Shown: positions 1 through 9,306 of the stretch, in pieces | How the letters are laid out: each line of letters opens with the position of its first letter | Position numbering within the stretch: the first letter of the stretch is position 1 | Assembly: GCA_902785275.1 (NCBI GenBank) | Contig: CACZYB010000006.1 | Coordinates: 1 to 64,000, forward strand | DNA length: 64,000 nt | Reading direction: 5' to 3' | From: an uncultured Pseudomonadota bacterium | Lineage (GTDB): Bacteria; Pseudomonadota; Alphaproteobacteria; Rs-D84; CACZYB01 | The notes under the pieces: model-generated | What the model was told of the DNA's origin: nothing | Seen by the model: the letters and a program-made list of their open reading frames with translations, nothing else | Database searches by the model: none | Position numbers and translations under genes: made by a program

Positions 1-581
1 CCGGAACTTACAGTAATAATGGTACAACTTGCGAACCATGTAAAGGAGAATCATATTCCAACTGGTCATCAGAGGAATGTGGTACAATAAGCAGAACAAA
101 AACAACATATTGTGCTTCATCAGGCAGTACCTATTCAACCGACAAATCATCAACAACCACAGAAACAAGTACAAGAAGTTGCCAAAGTGGATATTCTTGC
201 AATAATGGAAAATGTGTAATTGATAATTGTTCAGCAGGTCAATATAGAAGTGGTACAAGTTGTGTAACCTGTGAAGTTGGTTATTATTGCCCTGGTGATA
301 ATCTTAGATATACTTGTTCTACTTGCTTAGATAAATATTATCAAAGCTTTTTAGACAATAAAGATGGTGGTGATTGGTATAGAAGACATAAAGTTACATT
401 TTATTGCCAAACAGAAGGTAGTACAAGTAGCACAAGTAATTCATATGAATGTAAGTTCTCTAGTGAAGAAGGTAAGGCACCTGCAAGTAGTGCTAGTAAA
501 GCATATAAAGAATGTTATAAAAAACTTAAAGCATCCACATGCAAGGAAGAAAGAACAACTAAACAAAAAGAAGTTTTATAA
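1..581 (+). CDS. 3' part of a Cys/Ser/Thr-rich repeat surface protein (partial at window edge)
   Basis: Frame starting at nt 3 is open to TAA 579-581: GTYSNNGTTCEPCKGESYSNWSSEECGTISRTKTTYC...CSAGQYRSGTSCVTCEVGYYCPG...KQKEVL*. Absent from the ORF track because the start lies upstream of the window. Confidence 0.85.
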   Translation, partial: GTYSNNGTTCEPCKGESYSNWSSEECGTISRTKTTYCASSGSTYSTDKSSTTTETSTRSCQSGYSCNNGKCVIDNCSAGQYRSGTSCVTCEVGYYCPGDNLRYTCSTCLDKYYQSFLDNKDGGDWYRRHKVTFYCQTEGSTSSTSNSYECKFSSEEGKAPASSASKAYKECYKKLKASTCKEERTTKQKEVL

Positions 582-613
582 TAAAACTTCATCCATACAC
601 TTCTTTAAAAATA

Positions 614-638
614 CCCCGTCAAATTGGCGGGGTTTTTT
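614..638 (+). terminator. Intrinsic terminator, conserved hairpin family copy 1
   Basis: CCCCGTC-AAATT-GGCGGGG followed by T6. Confidence 0.8.
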
Positions 639-766
639 ATATGAAACATTTTAATATAAAACGAATCGAAAATTTGTTTGGAGTGGGGCTATCTTTTTTT
701 GTTGCATAATGCTATTTATTATTATAGAATTTTTTTGTTTTGTTTAAAAATGATTGAGGTTTTTAT

Positions 767-1930
767 ATGAATAATATTAGAGCATTAGATGAATATGGAA
801 AAAAAGTTGAAAACGCAAGAGCATTGATCGCCTCTGCAAAAAATGAAGATGAATTGTTAAAAATTTGTCTTGAAGATAAAGAAAATTTTATTGTTAGATT
901 TGTTAAAAAACCATCTGTTTCTTTTGTGGAAAAATATTTATCAAAAAATCTTGGAAAGCCAGGGCAAGCCGGTAATATAAGATTTTTTGCGACAAGTTCT
1001 AGACCTATTTATGGGCTTTCGGAAGAGCTTCAATTAAAAATTGTGCAACATGATCCTTTTATTATTGATTGTTTGGGAGATTTGAAGCTTTCGGTTTTAT
1101 CTTATATTATAAAATCTGCTCCTTTTAAGCGTGAAATTCATTCTATTTGGCCAAAGGTTGTTGAAAATTTTGAAAATCTTTCAGAGGAAGATAGATATAT
1201 CCTTGCGAGAAATTATTATACAAGAGTTCCTTTGGATAAATGTTCTGATAAAATTAAAAAAATTGTTATTAGTAATATGCCTCAACGTTTTAAGGAGATT
1301 AAGAATCCGTCAAGGGATTTGCAAGAGTTTGCGTTTGAGGAAGATCCTTTGTTATTGCCTTATTTGACAATAGAGCTTTCGGAAAATATGATTTTGAAAG
1401 GTTTGAAAGATAAGCCAGAAATTTTTCAATACATAAAAAATCCATCTGAAGCTATGTGTTTTACTGCACTATACTTTTCTCCATCATCAATAAAATTTAT
1501 GGAGAATCCTTCGGATAATTTGAAAAATCTTGCTGTATCGCGTGAGCCAGAGACAATTAAATATATAAATAATCCTTCTGAAGAGTTGGTTTTCTTTGCC
1601 GTATCTCGCGCGCCAGAAGTGATAAAATATATTAAGAATCCATCTGAGGAGCTTCAATTGGAGGCGGTTAGAAGAAATCCTAATGTGATTAACTTGATAT
1701 CTCATCCTTCAAAGAAGATACAAAAATTTGCTTTTGATGTTTACAAGAAACGTAAATATTCTGGGGATGTATCAAAGTTTGTTTCGGTTTCGCCTTTTGA
1801 TGATAAGAATCAAGATATTTCCTTTATCTTGAAAAAGGAAGCTTCTGTTTATAACAAATTAATGAAGGTAAAAGTTGCGTTGGAGAACAATTTTATACGA
1901 AGAATAAAATCATCAGATTTATCAAAGTAG
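767..1930 (+). CDS. Orphan with ~7 tandem 22-aa repeats (DUF4116-like)
   Basis: Repeats such as IKYIKNPSEELQLEAVRRNPNV, IKYINNPSEELVFFAVSRAPEV, IKFMENPSDNLKNLAVSREPET; GAGG RBS. Confidence 0.75.
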   Translation: MNNIRALDEYGKKVENARALIASAKNEDELLKICLEDKENFIVRFVKKPSVSFVEKYLSKNLGKPGQAGNIRFFATSSRPIYGLSEELQLKIVQHDPFIIDCLGDLKLSVLSYIIKSAPFKREIHSIWPKVVENFENLSEEDRYILARNYYTRVPLDKCSDKIKKIVISNMPQRFKEIKNPSRDLQEFAFEEDPLLLPYLTIELSENMILKGLKDKPEIFQYIKNPSEAMCFTALYFSPSSIKFMENPSDNLKNLAVSREPETIKYINNPSEELVFFAVSRAPEVIKYIKNPSEELQLEAVRRNPNVINLISHPSKKIQKFAFDVYKKRKYSGDVSKFVSVSPFDDKNQDISFILKKEASVYNKLMKVKVALENNFIRRIKSSDLSK

Positions 1931-1948
1931 TTTGTAAAATTAAAAATA

Positions 1949-1976
1949 TTGACTGTAAGAAAATTTTGTTTATAAT
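1949..1976 (+). promoter_or_regulatory. sigma70-like promoter
   Basis: TTGACT-16nt-TATAAT upstream of the 2064 ORF. Confidence 0.6.
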
Positions 1977-2063
1977 ACATTGAATTATGATTTTCTTCTT
2001 GTTGATTAAGTTCAATGGAATTGTATAGTTTTAATTTTATTAATATATGAATGGAGTATTAGA

Positions 2064-2399
2064 ATGAAAAAATATAATAAGAAAGATGTTTTTGTACTTA
2101 TTGATTCACAGGTTAAAAAGACTTCTGTTGTTCCTTTTATCAAAGGCAATGGTTTGAAAAAAGAAAACAACTGTGAAGAATGTGGTATCTATTGCGGAAA
2201 TTCTATGGATTGCTATCCATGTCTTTTGGCAAATAAACAATCAAGAAACGAACTTGATGGTGTTATTTCAAATAACAGTACTGCTGATGTTTACAAATAT
2301 ATTGATATGCTTCAGGCAAAGGCTGTAAAGCATAATGACAATGTTTCAAAAAGATTGTCTGATATTATGGAATCAGCAATGTATCTTAAAACACTTTAA
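2064..2399 (+). CDS. Small orphan with Cys cluster
   Basis: CEECGIYCGNSMDCYPC; GGAG RBS; overlaps the rnc stop convergently by 4 nt. Confidence 0.7.
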   Translation: MKKYNKKDVFVLIDSQVKKTSVVPFIKGNGLKKENNCEECGIYCGNSMDCYPCLLANKQSRNELDGVISNNSTADVYKYIDMLQAKAVKHNDNVSKRLSDIMESAMYLKTL

Positions 2400-3085
2400 T
2401 CTTTTTTAAGATTTAGTTTTTTTACGAGGTCGGCAGCAACAAGTTGTTCGGCCTCTTTTCTTGAATGGCCTTCGCATTTTGCTGTTATACCATCAACTGT
2501 TGCCATGACATTGAATATAGGGGAATGTGCAGGGCCAGTTTTTGAAACAAGAATATATTCCGGATGGGAACCATCTTTTTTTTGAGTGTATTCTTGTAGT
2601 GTTGTTTTGAAATCTTTTATTGGTGTTTTAGATGATTGAACCTTTTCTTTCCATAGGCCTTCAACTACTTTGAATGCAGTATCAAAATCACTGTCTAAAA
2701 AGATTGCACCCAAGATTGCTTCTACACAATCGGCAAGTATGTTTCTGTTTTTATAACCTTGACGTTTTTGTTCTTGGGAACCAAGTTCGATTAATTGTTG
2801 TAGGCATAACTTTTCAGCAATGCTTGCACAGGTGCGTGCGGAAACAAGATTTGCGTGGCGTATTGCAAGATCGCCTTCATCTTCGTCTGGATACATTTCA
2901 TAAAGCATTTTTGCAACAGAAAGACCCAAAACACGATCACCAAGGAATTCAAGGCGTTCATTATTTTCTAATTTATCCTTTGTTACACTGGAGTGAGTAA
3001 GAGCTTTTTTATAAAGATAAATTTGATTGAATCTATACCCTAATATATCACAAAGTTTTTCGTAATTCATTGTTTCTTTTGCCAT
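2396..3085 (-). CDS. rnc: Ribonuclease III
   Basis: NERLEFLGDRVLGL signature, C-terminal dsRBD. Confidence 0.97.
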   Translation of the reverse strand: MAKETMNYEKLCDILGYRFNQIYLYKKALTHSSVTKDKLENNERLEFLGDRVLGLSVAKMLYEMYPDEDEGDLAIRHANLVSARTCASIAEKLCLQQLIELGSQEQKRQGYKNRNILADCVEAILGAIFLDSDFDTAFKVVEGLWKEKVQSSKTPIKDFKTTLQEYTQKKDGSHPEYILVSKTGPAHSPIFNVMATVDGITAKCEGHSRKEAEQLVAADLVKKLNLKKD

Positions 3086-3109
3086 ATTATTTGCCTTTAA
3101 TTATTTTAT

Positions 3110-4027
3110 CTATTTAATTCTTTTTAAAATTCGTTCATATCTTATTGGGTGGAAGTATTTCCAAAATTCAAAAATGTTTACCGAATTATTATGAGAGAAG
3201 AAAATCATTCCGGCACGGCCGATTAAATCTCTTTTATGGATATAACCAACTTCGTTTGTAAATCTACTATCTTCGGACATATCACGATTATCACCCATCA
3301 TAAAGTAGTGATCTTCTGGAACGATATATTCTTTTGTGTTATCGGCAACTTCTGTATCACTTATTTCCAATATTTCGAATGAAACATCGTTTGGAAGGGT
3401 TTGTTTATATTTATTAAGTTCAATTGCTTCACCTTCGAAATTAGGCGCTTCTTTGTATACAATTGTATACTGACTATCTTTTAATGGACGGCCGTTAAGA
3501 TATAGTTTTTTTGTATCAATAACTGTTAAAACCTGACCGTTTGCAGTGTTTATTGTAAGACTGTTAGATTTTCTTAAAGAGTAAGGTAAGTTTATAATAT
3601 AAAACTTTTCAATAAATTCTCTTTTAACAGCTTTACCGTTTATGTGTAAAATACCTTTTTTCATTTGAATTTTATCGCCAGGAAGACCAATCAAACGTTT
3701 GATATAATTGTCTGCATGTCCCTTTATTTTTTTGAAAACAATAACATCGCCAGCATTTGGTTTTGATTCAAATAATCTATCCTTTATCAAAGGAAGTGAG
3801 AATGGAAAAGATTGTCTTGAATATCCGTATGATATTTTTGAAACAAACAAGTGATCGCCAACAAAAAGGTTTGGTATCATTGAATCTGATGGAATGTGAA
3901 ATGGTTCAATAATAAAAGTTCTTATCATTATTGCAAAAAAGCCAGCCCAAAGTATGGCCTTTACTGTATCTGTGAATTCGTGTTTTATTCTTTTACTTCT
4001 TTTACTCAATTTTGTTCTCCTTTTCAA
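3110..4027 (-). CDS. lepB: Signal peptidase I
   Basis: PSDSMIPNL, YIKRLIGLPGD, GDNRDMSEDSR motifs. Confidence 0.96.
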   Translation of the reverse strand: MKRRTKLSKRSKRIKHEFTDTVKAILWAGFFAIMIRTFIIEPFHIPSDSMIPNLFVGDHLFVSKISYGYSRQSFPFSLPLIKDRLFESKPNAGDVIVFKKIKGHADNYIKRLIGLPGDKIQMKKGILHINGKAVKREFIEKFYIINLPYSLRKSNSLTINTANGQVLTVIDTKKLYLNGRPLKDSQYTIVYKEAPNFEGEAIELNKYKQTLPNDVSFEILEISDTEVADNTKEYIVPEDHYFMMGDNRDMSEDSRFTNEVGYIHKRDLIGRAGMIFFSHNNSVNIFEFWKYFHPIRYERILKRIK

Positions 4028-4412
4028 TTACGACAAAGGCAATTGCCGTTGGATAGTCATCGGAAAGACTTAAATTAAATTTTAAACCATTTCCATAGTT
4101 TTTTTCAATATATTCTTTTGTTGTATTTGCTATTTTTATATAAGGTTTACCAAGTTCGTCAGATAAAACCTGAATATCCTTTAGGTTTATACCAAAACGA
4201 AAGCCTGTACCCAAAGCCTTTACAAAGGCTTCCTTTGCGGCGAAAAACTTTGCGTATTTGGATGCAAGTTGTTTTGGTCCTAAATTACAATTTTTATATT
4301 TTTCAAATTCTTCCTCAGAGAAATATTTTGTTGTGAATTGAGTTGAAAGATTTGCAAGAATTTTTTCAATTCTTGGAATTTGTACTATATCAACACCAAC
4401 TCCTAAAATCAA
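4002..4412 (-). CDS. acpS: Holo-ACP synthase
   Basis: GVGVDIV...FAAKEAFVKALGTG. Confidence 0.95.
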   Translation of the reverse strand: MILGVGVDIVQIPRIEKILANLSTQFTTKYFSEEEFEKYKNCNLGPKQLASKYAKFFAAKEAFVKALGTGFRFGINLKDIQVLSDELGKPYIKIANTTKEYIEKNYGNGLKFNLSLSDDYPTAIAFVVIEKENKIE

Positions 4413-4413
4413 T

Positions 4414-4974
4414 TTATAACTCCTGTCTTTCTTTTGATTCTTTGTATTTTGTTAAAGACTTAAATACGAATTCGTATGTTAAAACACCGCTTATTATTGC
4501 GATTATCAAGCCACCAACAACCATTGGGTAAAGTATTGATGAAATGTGATTCATTACTACTTCCCAATTTGAATTTTCGAATGCAGTTTTTATTTCAAGC
4601 ATTGTGTTCGAGAAAGAAGAACTGTCGATGATTTCTTTTTTTGAAAGTATAAGGTTTCCCAACTTGTAATCTAAAAACCAAATGAATGGAAAGGTTAGGG
4701 GGTTACCTATTATTGTGAAAAGCATACTTGCAGTGAAATTTGCCCTGAAAATAATATCTAAAATTACGGTAAGAACAAGTTGTAGTCCGAAAAGTGGAGT
4801 TATTGCGATTGCAACACCAAATGCGGCACCAAGTGATATTGAATGGATATTATCTTTTAATCTGAATAATCTTTTTAATAAATATTTGTATGCACGAAGA
4901 AGGCCTTTTTTAGGAAAAAGAAAATATTTTATTTTTTCAAATAAGGTTAATTTTTTTTTTCTTTTAAAGAGCAT
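4414..4974 (-). CDS. DUF2062-family membrane protein
   Basis: SISLGAAFGV...TPLFGLQ...GNPLTFPFIW pattern; usual neighbour of acpS in Alphaproteobacteria. Confidence 0.8.
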   Translation of the reverse strand: MLFKRKKKLTLFEKIKYFLFPKKGLLRAYKYLLKRLFRLKDNIHSISLGAAFGVAIAITPLFGLQLVLTVILDIIFRANFTASMLFTIIGNPLTFPFIWFLDYKLGNLILSKKEIIDSSSFSNTMLEIKTAFENSNWEVVMNHISSILYPMVVGGLIIAIISGVLTYEFVFKSLTKYKESKERQEL

Positions 4975-5431
4975 TTTCTTCCTTTGTCTTTACAGTTGTA
5001 TTTTGTTTTTGAGGAAGCTCAATTTTTGGGAGGTTTGGATCATTCTTGCATTCAAGAAGCCAAATATCATAGTTTGGATGTTCCATTGCAACAAGGCTTG
5101 GGGAGGAAGAAAACATCCAACCGGAAAATATAAGTTCACCTTGCTTTACTGAATTAAGTTCTTCTTTGTATGAAGTGTTTGTTTCGTTTACTTTTAAAAA
5201 GACCGAGTTTTCAGGAGTTTCATCCTCTGGTCTTGTGTAACATGCGAAAACTTTTATCAAAATGTTTTCGAACATTTGTTCGTCATTTACAGGGATTTCG
5301 ATATCCTTTGTTTTTCCGGTTTGCTTATTTAATGCACGAATAACCGCCTTGTTTTGTGGGAGGTTTGTAAAAGCATTTGCAACGTTTGATACAAATAAAA
5401 GTGCGAGAGTTATATAAGCAAATTTTTTCAT
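4964..5431 (-). CDS. DUF2155-family periplasmic protein
   Basis: Signal peptide; IFSGWMFSSSPSLVAMEHPNYDIWLLEC. Confidence 0.85.
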   Translation of the reverse strand: MKKFAYITLALLFVSNVANAFTNLPQNKAVIRALNKQTGKTKDIEIPVNDEQMFENILIKVFACYTRPEDETPENSVFLKVNETNTSYKEELNSVKQGELIFSGWMFSSSPSLVAMEHPNYDIWLLECKNDPNLPKIELPQKQNTTVKTKEENAL

Positions 5432-5441
5432 ATTGTAACCT

Positions 5442-5969
5442 TTAATCTTTTGGATTTTCCTTGAATATCAAATCACCAATAACTTCTTCTATTGGCTTAA
5501 ATGGAACAGATTTTATTTTTCCATTAGGTTTAAGAAGATTTTGATCTTTACCAATTTCAAGCTTTATATACTTATTACCGATAATTCCATAAGTTGAAAT
5601 TTTTGCGATGGTATCTTCTGGAAATTTATATCTTGAATCGATTGACATCATTACATCAACAGTAAAGTCATCAGGGTTAAGTTTTGTTTCGATAACGGAA
5701 CCAACCTTTACACCGTTTACAGAAACATCAGAGCCACGTGTAAGACCACCGATTGATGCAAAGTTTGTGAATATGTTATATCCAGAAATGTTGTTCGTTT
5801 TTGCGGTTAAAATACCCCAAGCGAGGAAGTAAAATGCAATGAACAAGATTGCAAAACCTGAAATGGTTTCAAGTGGATTTTTGTTTTTTGTGAGGGCAAT
5901 AAAGAAATTAAAAAAAGATTTTGAAAAATTCTCACGAAACTTTTTAAAATTTGTAACTTTTTTTTCCAT
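5442..5969 (-). CDS. mlaD: MCE/MlaD-family lipid transport protein
   Basis: GGLTRGSDVSVNGVKVGSV...GIIGNKYIKL MCE motif. Confidence 0.85.
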   Translation of the reverse strand: MEKKVTNFKKFRENFSKSFFNFFIALTKNKNPLETISGFAILFIAFYFLAWGILTAKTNNISGYNIFTNFASIGGLTRGSDVSVNGVKVGSVIETKLNPDDFTVDVMMSIDSRYKFPEDTIAKISTYGIIGNKYIKLEIGKDQNLLKPNGKIKSVPFKPIEEVIGDLIFKENPKD

Positions 5970-6038
5970 TCTTTATACCCCCACATTTTCTATATATTTA
6001 TAAAAATCCAATAAAAGTCAAAATATGTCTTTGGACAA

Positions 6039-6434
6039 TTATTTTGCTTCTTTGTTTTCTTCAGCTGCTTTTTGAGCAGATGCAAGATCTTCAGCAATTC
6101 TTGCTTTCTTACCGAACAATGAACGTAAGTAATAAAGTTTTGCACGTCTTACTTTACCGTATTTTACGAGTTCGATTTTAGCAACGTTTGGTGAGTAAAG
6201 TGGAAATACTTTTTCAACACCTTCACCAAATGAAATTTTACGAACTGTGAATGAAGAGTTGATACCATCATTTTTTCTTGCGATACATACACCTTCAAAC
6301 ATCTGAATTCTTTCGTTTTTACCTTCAATAACTTTTGTGTGTACTTTTACAGTATCACCAGCCTTGAAGTTTGGTATTTTGTGAGTTGATAACTTTTCAA
6401 TATTTTTCTTTTCGATAAGTTTTAATAAGTTCAT
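6039..6434 (-). CDS. rplS: 50S ribosomal protein L19
   Basis: [10 protein letters not shown]...[12 protein letters not shown]. Confidence 0.98.
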   Translation of the reverse strand: MNLLKLIEKKNIEKLSTHKIPNFKAGDTVKVHTKVIEGKNERIQMFEGVCIARKNDGINSSFTVRKISFGEGVEKVFPLYSPNVAKIELVKYGKVRRAKLYYLRSLFGKKARIAEDLASAQKAAEENKEAK

Positions 6435-6480
6435 TTTTTTACCTTTCTTTTAATATGTTGTTATAATACTTTATTGTTTT

Positions 6481-7197
6481 TTAAAATTCAATATCTTTTG
6501 TTAGTAAATCAGGTCTATTTTTCTTTGTTATTTCAATGGATTTTTTATACCTCCACTCACTGATATTTTTGTGATGACCAGATTTTAAAACTTCTGGTAC
6601 AGGCATATTTTTCCATACCTCTGGACGTGTATAATGCGGATATTCAAGAAGTCCGTTTAATGTTGAACTGAAACTTTCTTCTTCAAGTGATGCACTTGAT
6701 CCTAAAACATTAGGAAGAAGTCTTGTAATACTGTCTATCATAGGAAGAAGGGCATATTCCCCACCGGATAAAACAAAATCACCAAGGCTTATTTCTTGAA
6801 TGTTATAGTATTCAATTACACGTTCATCAATACCTTCGTAATGGCCACAAATAAAAGTTGTTTCGCTTTCATTAGATAAAGCTTCAGCCATTTGTTGATT
6901 GAATACTTTACCACGTGGTGAAAGGTATATGATTGAACCTTTTGGGTTATCCTTATTATAAACACTTTCTATTGCACTTCCCAAAACATCAGGTTTTATA
7001 ACTTGACCCGCACCGCCACCGTATGGAGCATCATCAACTGTTTTATAATTATCAGTTGAAAAATCCCTTATATTCACAAGGTTTAACTTTAAAATTTCCT
7101 TTTCAATGGCACGTTTGCAAATTGAACAATTCAATGCAGAAAATACCTCAGGAAACAAAGTTAATATATTAGCTTTCCAACAAGTGTTTTGAGTCAA
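6481..7197 (-). CDS. trmD: tRNA (guanine37-N1)-methyltransferase
   Basis: VDDAPYGGGAG, CGHYEGIDER, SLGDFVLSGGE. Confidence 0.97.
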   Translation of the reverse strand: MTQNTCWKANILTLFPEVFSALNCSICKRAIEKEILKLNLVNIRDFSTDNYKTVDDAPYGGGAGQVIKPDVLGSAIESVYNKDNPKGSIIYLSPRGKVFNQQMAEALSNESETTFICGHYEGIDERVIEYYNIQEISLGDFVLSGGEYALLPMIDSITRLLPNVLGSSASLEEESFSSTLNGLLEYPHYTRPEVWKNMPVPEVLKSGHHKNISEWRYKKSIEITKKNRPDLLTKDIEF

Positions 7198-7678
7198 TTT
7201 TTAAAAATCCTTGTTCATTATTTTGGTCAAGTATTGAATAGTCATTGTAAGACAAAAGTGCAGTTTTTTCCTTTCCGTACAACTGTACTTCAAGTATATC
7301 ACCGGCACCATAGTTGAATATATCAGAAACAGTTCCTATTTTAGATGAATTTTCATCCAAAACCTTAAATCCGATAAGGTCGGAAAGAAGTATTTCATCA
7401 CTTTCTTCATCAATGATTGATGATTTAAGTGTATATATTTCTGTTCCTTTCATTGTTTCAGCGATAGTTCTATCTTCAATACCTTCAATATGTGCAATTA
7501 TAACATCAGAGTTTGCAGAACTTCTTAATTTTATTTTAAGTTCTTTACCATCAGCATTTAATAATGGGGAATAAGAACATACATCGGCAGGAATTGTTGT
7601 AAAAGATTTAATCTTTACATCACCCTTTATGCCGTGTGCATTGATAATTTTCCCAATTAAAACTTTGTCTGATGTCAT
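7169..7678 (-). CDS. rimM: Ribosome maturation factor RimM
   Basis: IGKIINAHGIKGDVK; position in rpsP-rimM-trmD-rplS. Confidence 0.95.
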   Translation of the reverse strand: MTSDKVLIGKIINAHGIKGDVKIKSFTTIPADVCSYSPLLNADGKELKIKLRSSANSDVIIAHIEGIEDRTIAETMKGTEIYTLKSSIIDEESDEILLSDLIGFKVLDENSSKIGTVSDIFNYGAGDILEVQLYGKEKTALLSYNDYSILDQNNEQGFLKIDSKHLLES

Positions 7679-7699
7679 GACCTATTTACCTTTTATTAA

Positions 7700-8134
7700 T
7701 TAAGCAGCAGGTGTTTCTTCAGCTTTAGGAGCTTCTGCTTCGAATTCAGCTTTTGCTTGTTCTTCTGCTTGTTTCTTTGCTTCTTCTTCAGCCTTTAATT
7801 TTTCAGCTAATGCTTTTGCTCTTTCTTGAGCTTTTGCTTTTGGAAGAGGTTTCTTTGTTTGTTTTGTGTTAACAACATATTTTCCTGCTAAACCAGCATC
7901 GCTTAAGAATCTTACAACTTTATCAGTTGTTTGAGCACCTTGTGAAAGCCAGTATTTAATTCTGTCTGTTACTAATGTGATACGTTTTTCGTCTTCACGA
8001 GCGAGCATTGGATTATATGTTCCAACTTTTTCAATAAAACTTCCATCACGAGCATTTCTGCTGTTTGCAACAACGATGTGATAGAATGGACGTTTTTTTG
8101 TTCCTTTTCTTGATAATCTAATTTTTACTGACAT
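7700..8134 (-). CDS. rpsP: 30S ribosomal protein S16 with Ala/Glu/Lys-rich C-terminal extension
   Basis: [23 protein letters not shown]; start moved to ATG 8134 behind an AAAGGA RBS. Confidence 0.97.
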   Translation of the reverse strand: MSVKIRLSRKGTKKRPFYHIVVANSRNARDGSFIEKVGTYNPMLAREDEKRITLVTDRIKYWLSQGAQTTDKVVRFLSDAGLAGKYVVNTKQTKKPLPKAKAQERAKALAEKLKAEEEAKKQAEEQAKAEFEAEAPKAEETPAA

Positions 8135-8245
8135 ATTTTTTCCTTTCAGTCTTTGTTTATATATAGCAAAAAACGATAAAGAGTGAAAACTCACCGTTTA
8201 TCGCAGTCCAATTTCCCATATTCATAATATTTGGAAATTGCCAGA

Positions 8246-8274
8246 ATAATAACATTGTTAAATATATAAGTCAA
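8246..8274 (-). promoter_or_regulatory. sigma70-like promoter of the rpsP operon
   Basis: TTGACT-17nt-TATTAT on the minus strand. Confidence 0.6.
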
Positions 8275-8280
8275 GTTAAA

Positions 8281-8312
8281 AATAAAACCTCCCACAATGG
8301 AGAGGTTTTATT
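8281..8312 (-). terminator. Terminator after DsbA-family gene
   Basis: AATAAAACCTC...GAGGTTTTATT inverted repeat. Confidence 0.6.
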
Positions 8313-8335
8313 GGTAAGTGTTTATTTATAAAAGC

Positions 8336-9160
8336 TTATTTTGCTTGGTTGATTGCTTCAATCATAGCAGGAGCTTCGATAAATCCACGGAAGAATTGAT
8401 CTCCGATGATGAATGCTGGTGTACCTTGGATACCAAGTTTTGTAGCAAGTTCACGTGTTCTGATGATTTCTTCTTCAACAGCTGGATTTTCCATATCTTT
8501 CTTTAATTGATCAACATCTAAGCCAGCTTTTTTAGCAGCACCAAATACGATAGCTTTGATTTGTTCGTTAACATCTTTTTCTGAAGCTTTATCATTTTGT
8601 TCAGGAATTAAGTTTGTTGTGAACAAAGCGTGATGTAATTCAGCTGCTTTACCTTGCATTTGAGCAGCAATAATTGCACGACCAGGAATTTGTGATGGTG
8701 GGAAGATTGGGAATGATTTCAATACAACCTTAACATCTTTTTCTGATCCAAGAACTTCTTCTAATGCTGCGTTACCACGTTTACAGAAACCACAGTTGTA
8801 ATCATAGAATTCGTAAACAACTACTTTACCATCTGGATTACCAACGATAGGAGCGTATTTTGAATCTTCTTCTGATACGTTTTTCAAAGCTTCTTTTGCA
8901 GCTTCCATTTCTTTTCTTTTAGCTCTTGCTTCTAATTCTTTACTTGCGTCAATCAACATTTCAGGATTGCCAACCAAAGCAATTCTTACAACTGAATGTG
9001 CAGTTGCATAGATAGCAAGGAACAAAATAACGATAGGAGCAACGATTGTTGCAAGTATTGTTACTGATTTCTTGTTATAAGATTTTGTTGCAACTTTCTT
9101 TGTATAAAGAACGAAAGCAACAGTTAGTAAAATACCAATTATTAAAGTAAGTGTATTCAT
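8336..9160 (-). CDS. Membrane-anchored DsbA/Com1-like thiol-disulfide oxidoreductase
   Basis: EFYDYNCGFC CxxC motif, GTPAFIIG cis-Pro motif, two N-terminal TM segments. Confidence 0.88.
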   Translation of the reverse strand: MNTLTLIIGILLTVAFVLYTKKVATKSYNKKSVTILATIVAPIVILFLAIYATAHSVVRIALVGNPEMLIDASKELEARAKRKEMEAAKEALKNVSEEDSKYAPIVGNPDGKVVVYEFYDYNCGFCKRGNAALEEVLGSEKDVKVVLKSFPIFPPSQIPGRAIIAAQMQGKAAELHHALFTTNLIPEQNDKASEKDVNEQIKAIVFGAAKKAGLDVDQLKKDMENPAVEEEIIRTRELATKLGIQGTPAFIIGDQFFRGFIEAPAMIEAINQAK

Positions 9161-9306
9161 ATTTCTTTCTCCTTTTCTGTTTTGTTTATGAAAACAAGAC
9201 GATGATAATTCCTTATTTTAAAATTGTAAAGGATTTTTTCTCTTTTTTCTTGAAAAAAATCTAGAATATGTTACGGTTAGACAATAATTAAAAATAAGGT
9301 GAAGTT

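Noticed and set aside
364-654. 96-aa ORF in the track
   Set aside because: Out-of-frame shadow of the Cys-rich gene ending at 581; runs through the terminator
4951-4960. Poly-T/A tract near the DUF2062 start as a phase-variation site
   Set aside because: Encodes Lys codons in frame; A/T homopolymers are common throughout this genome
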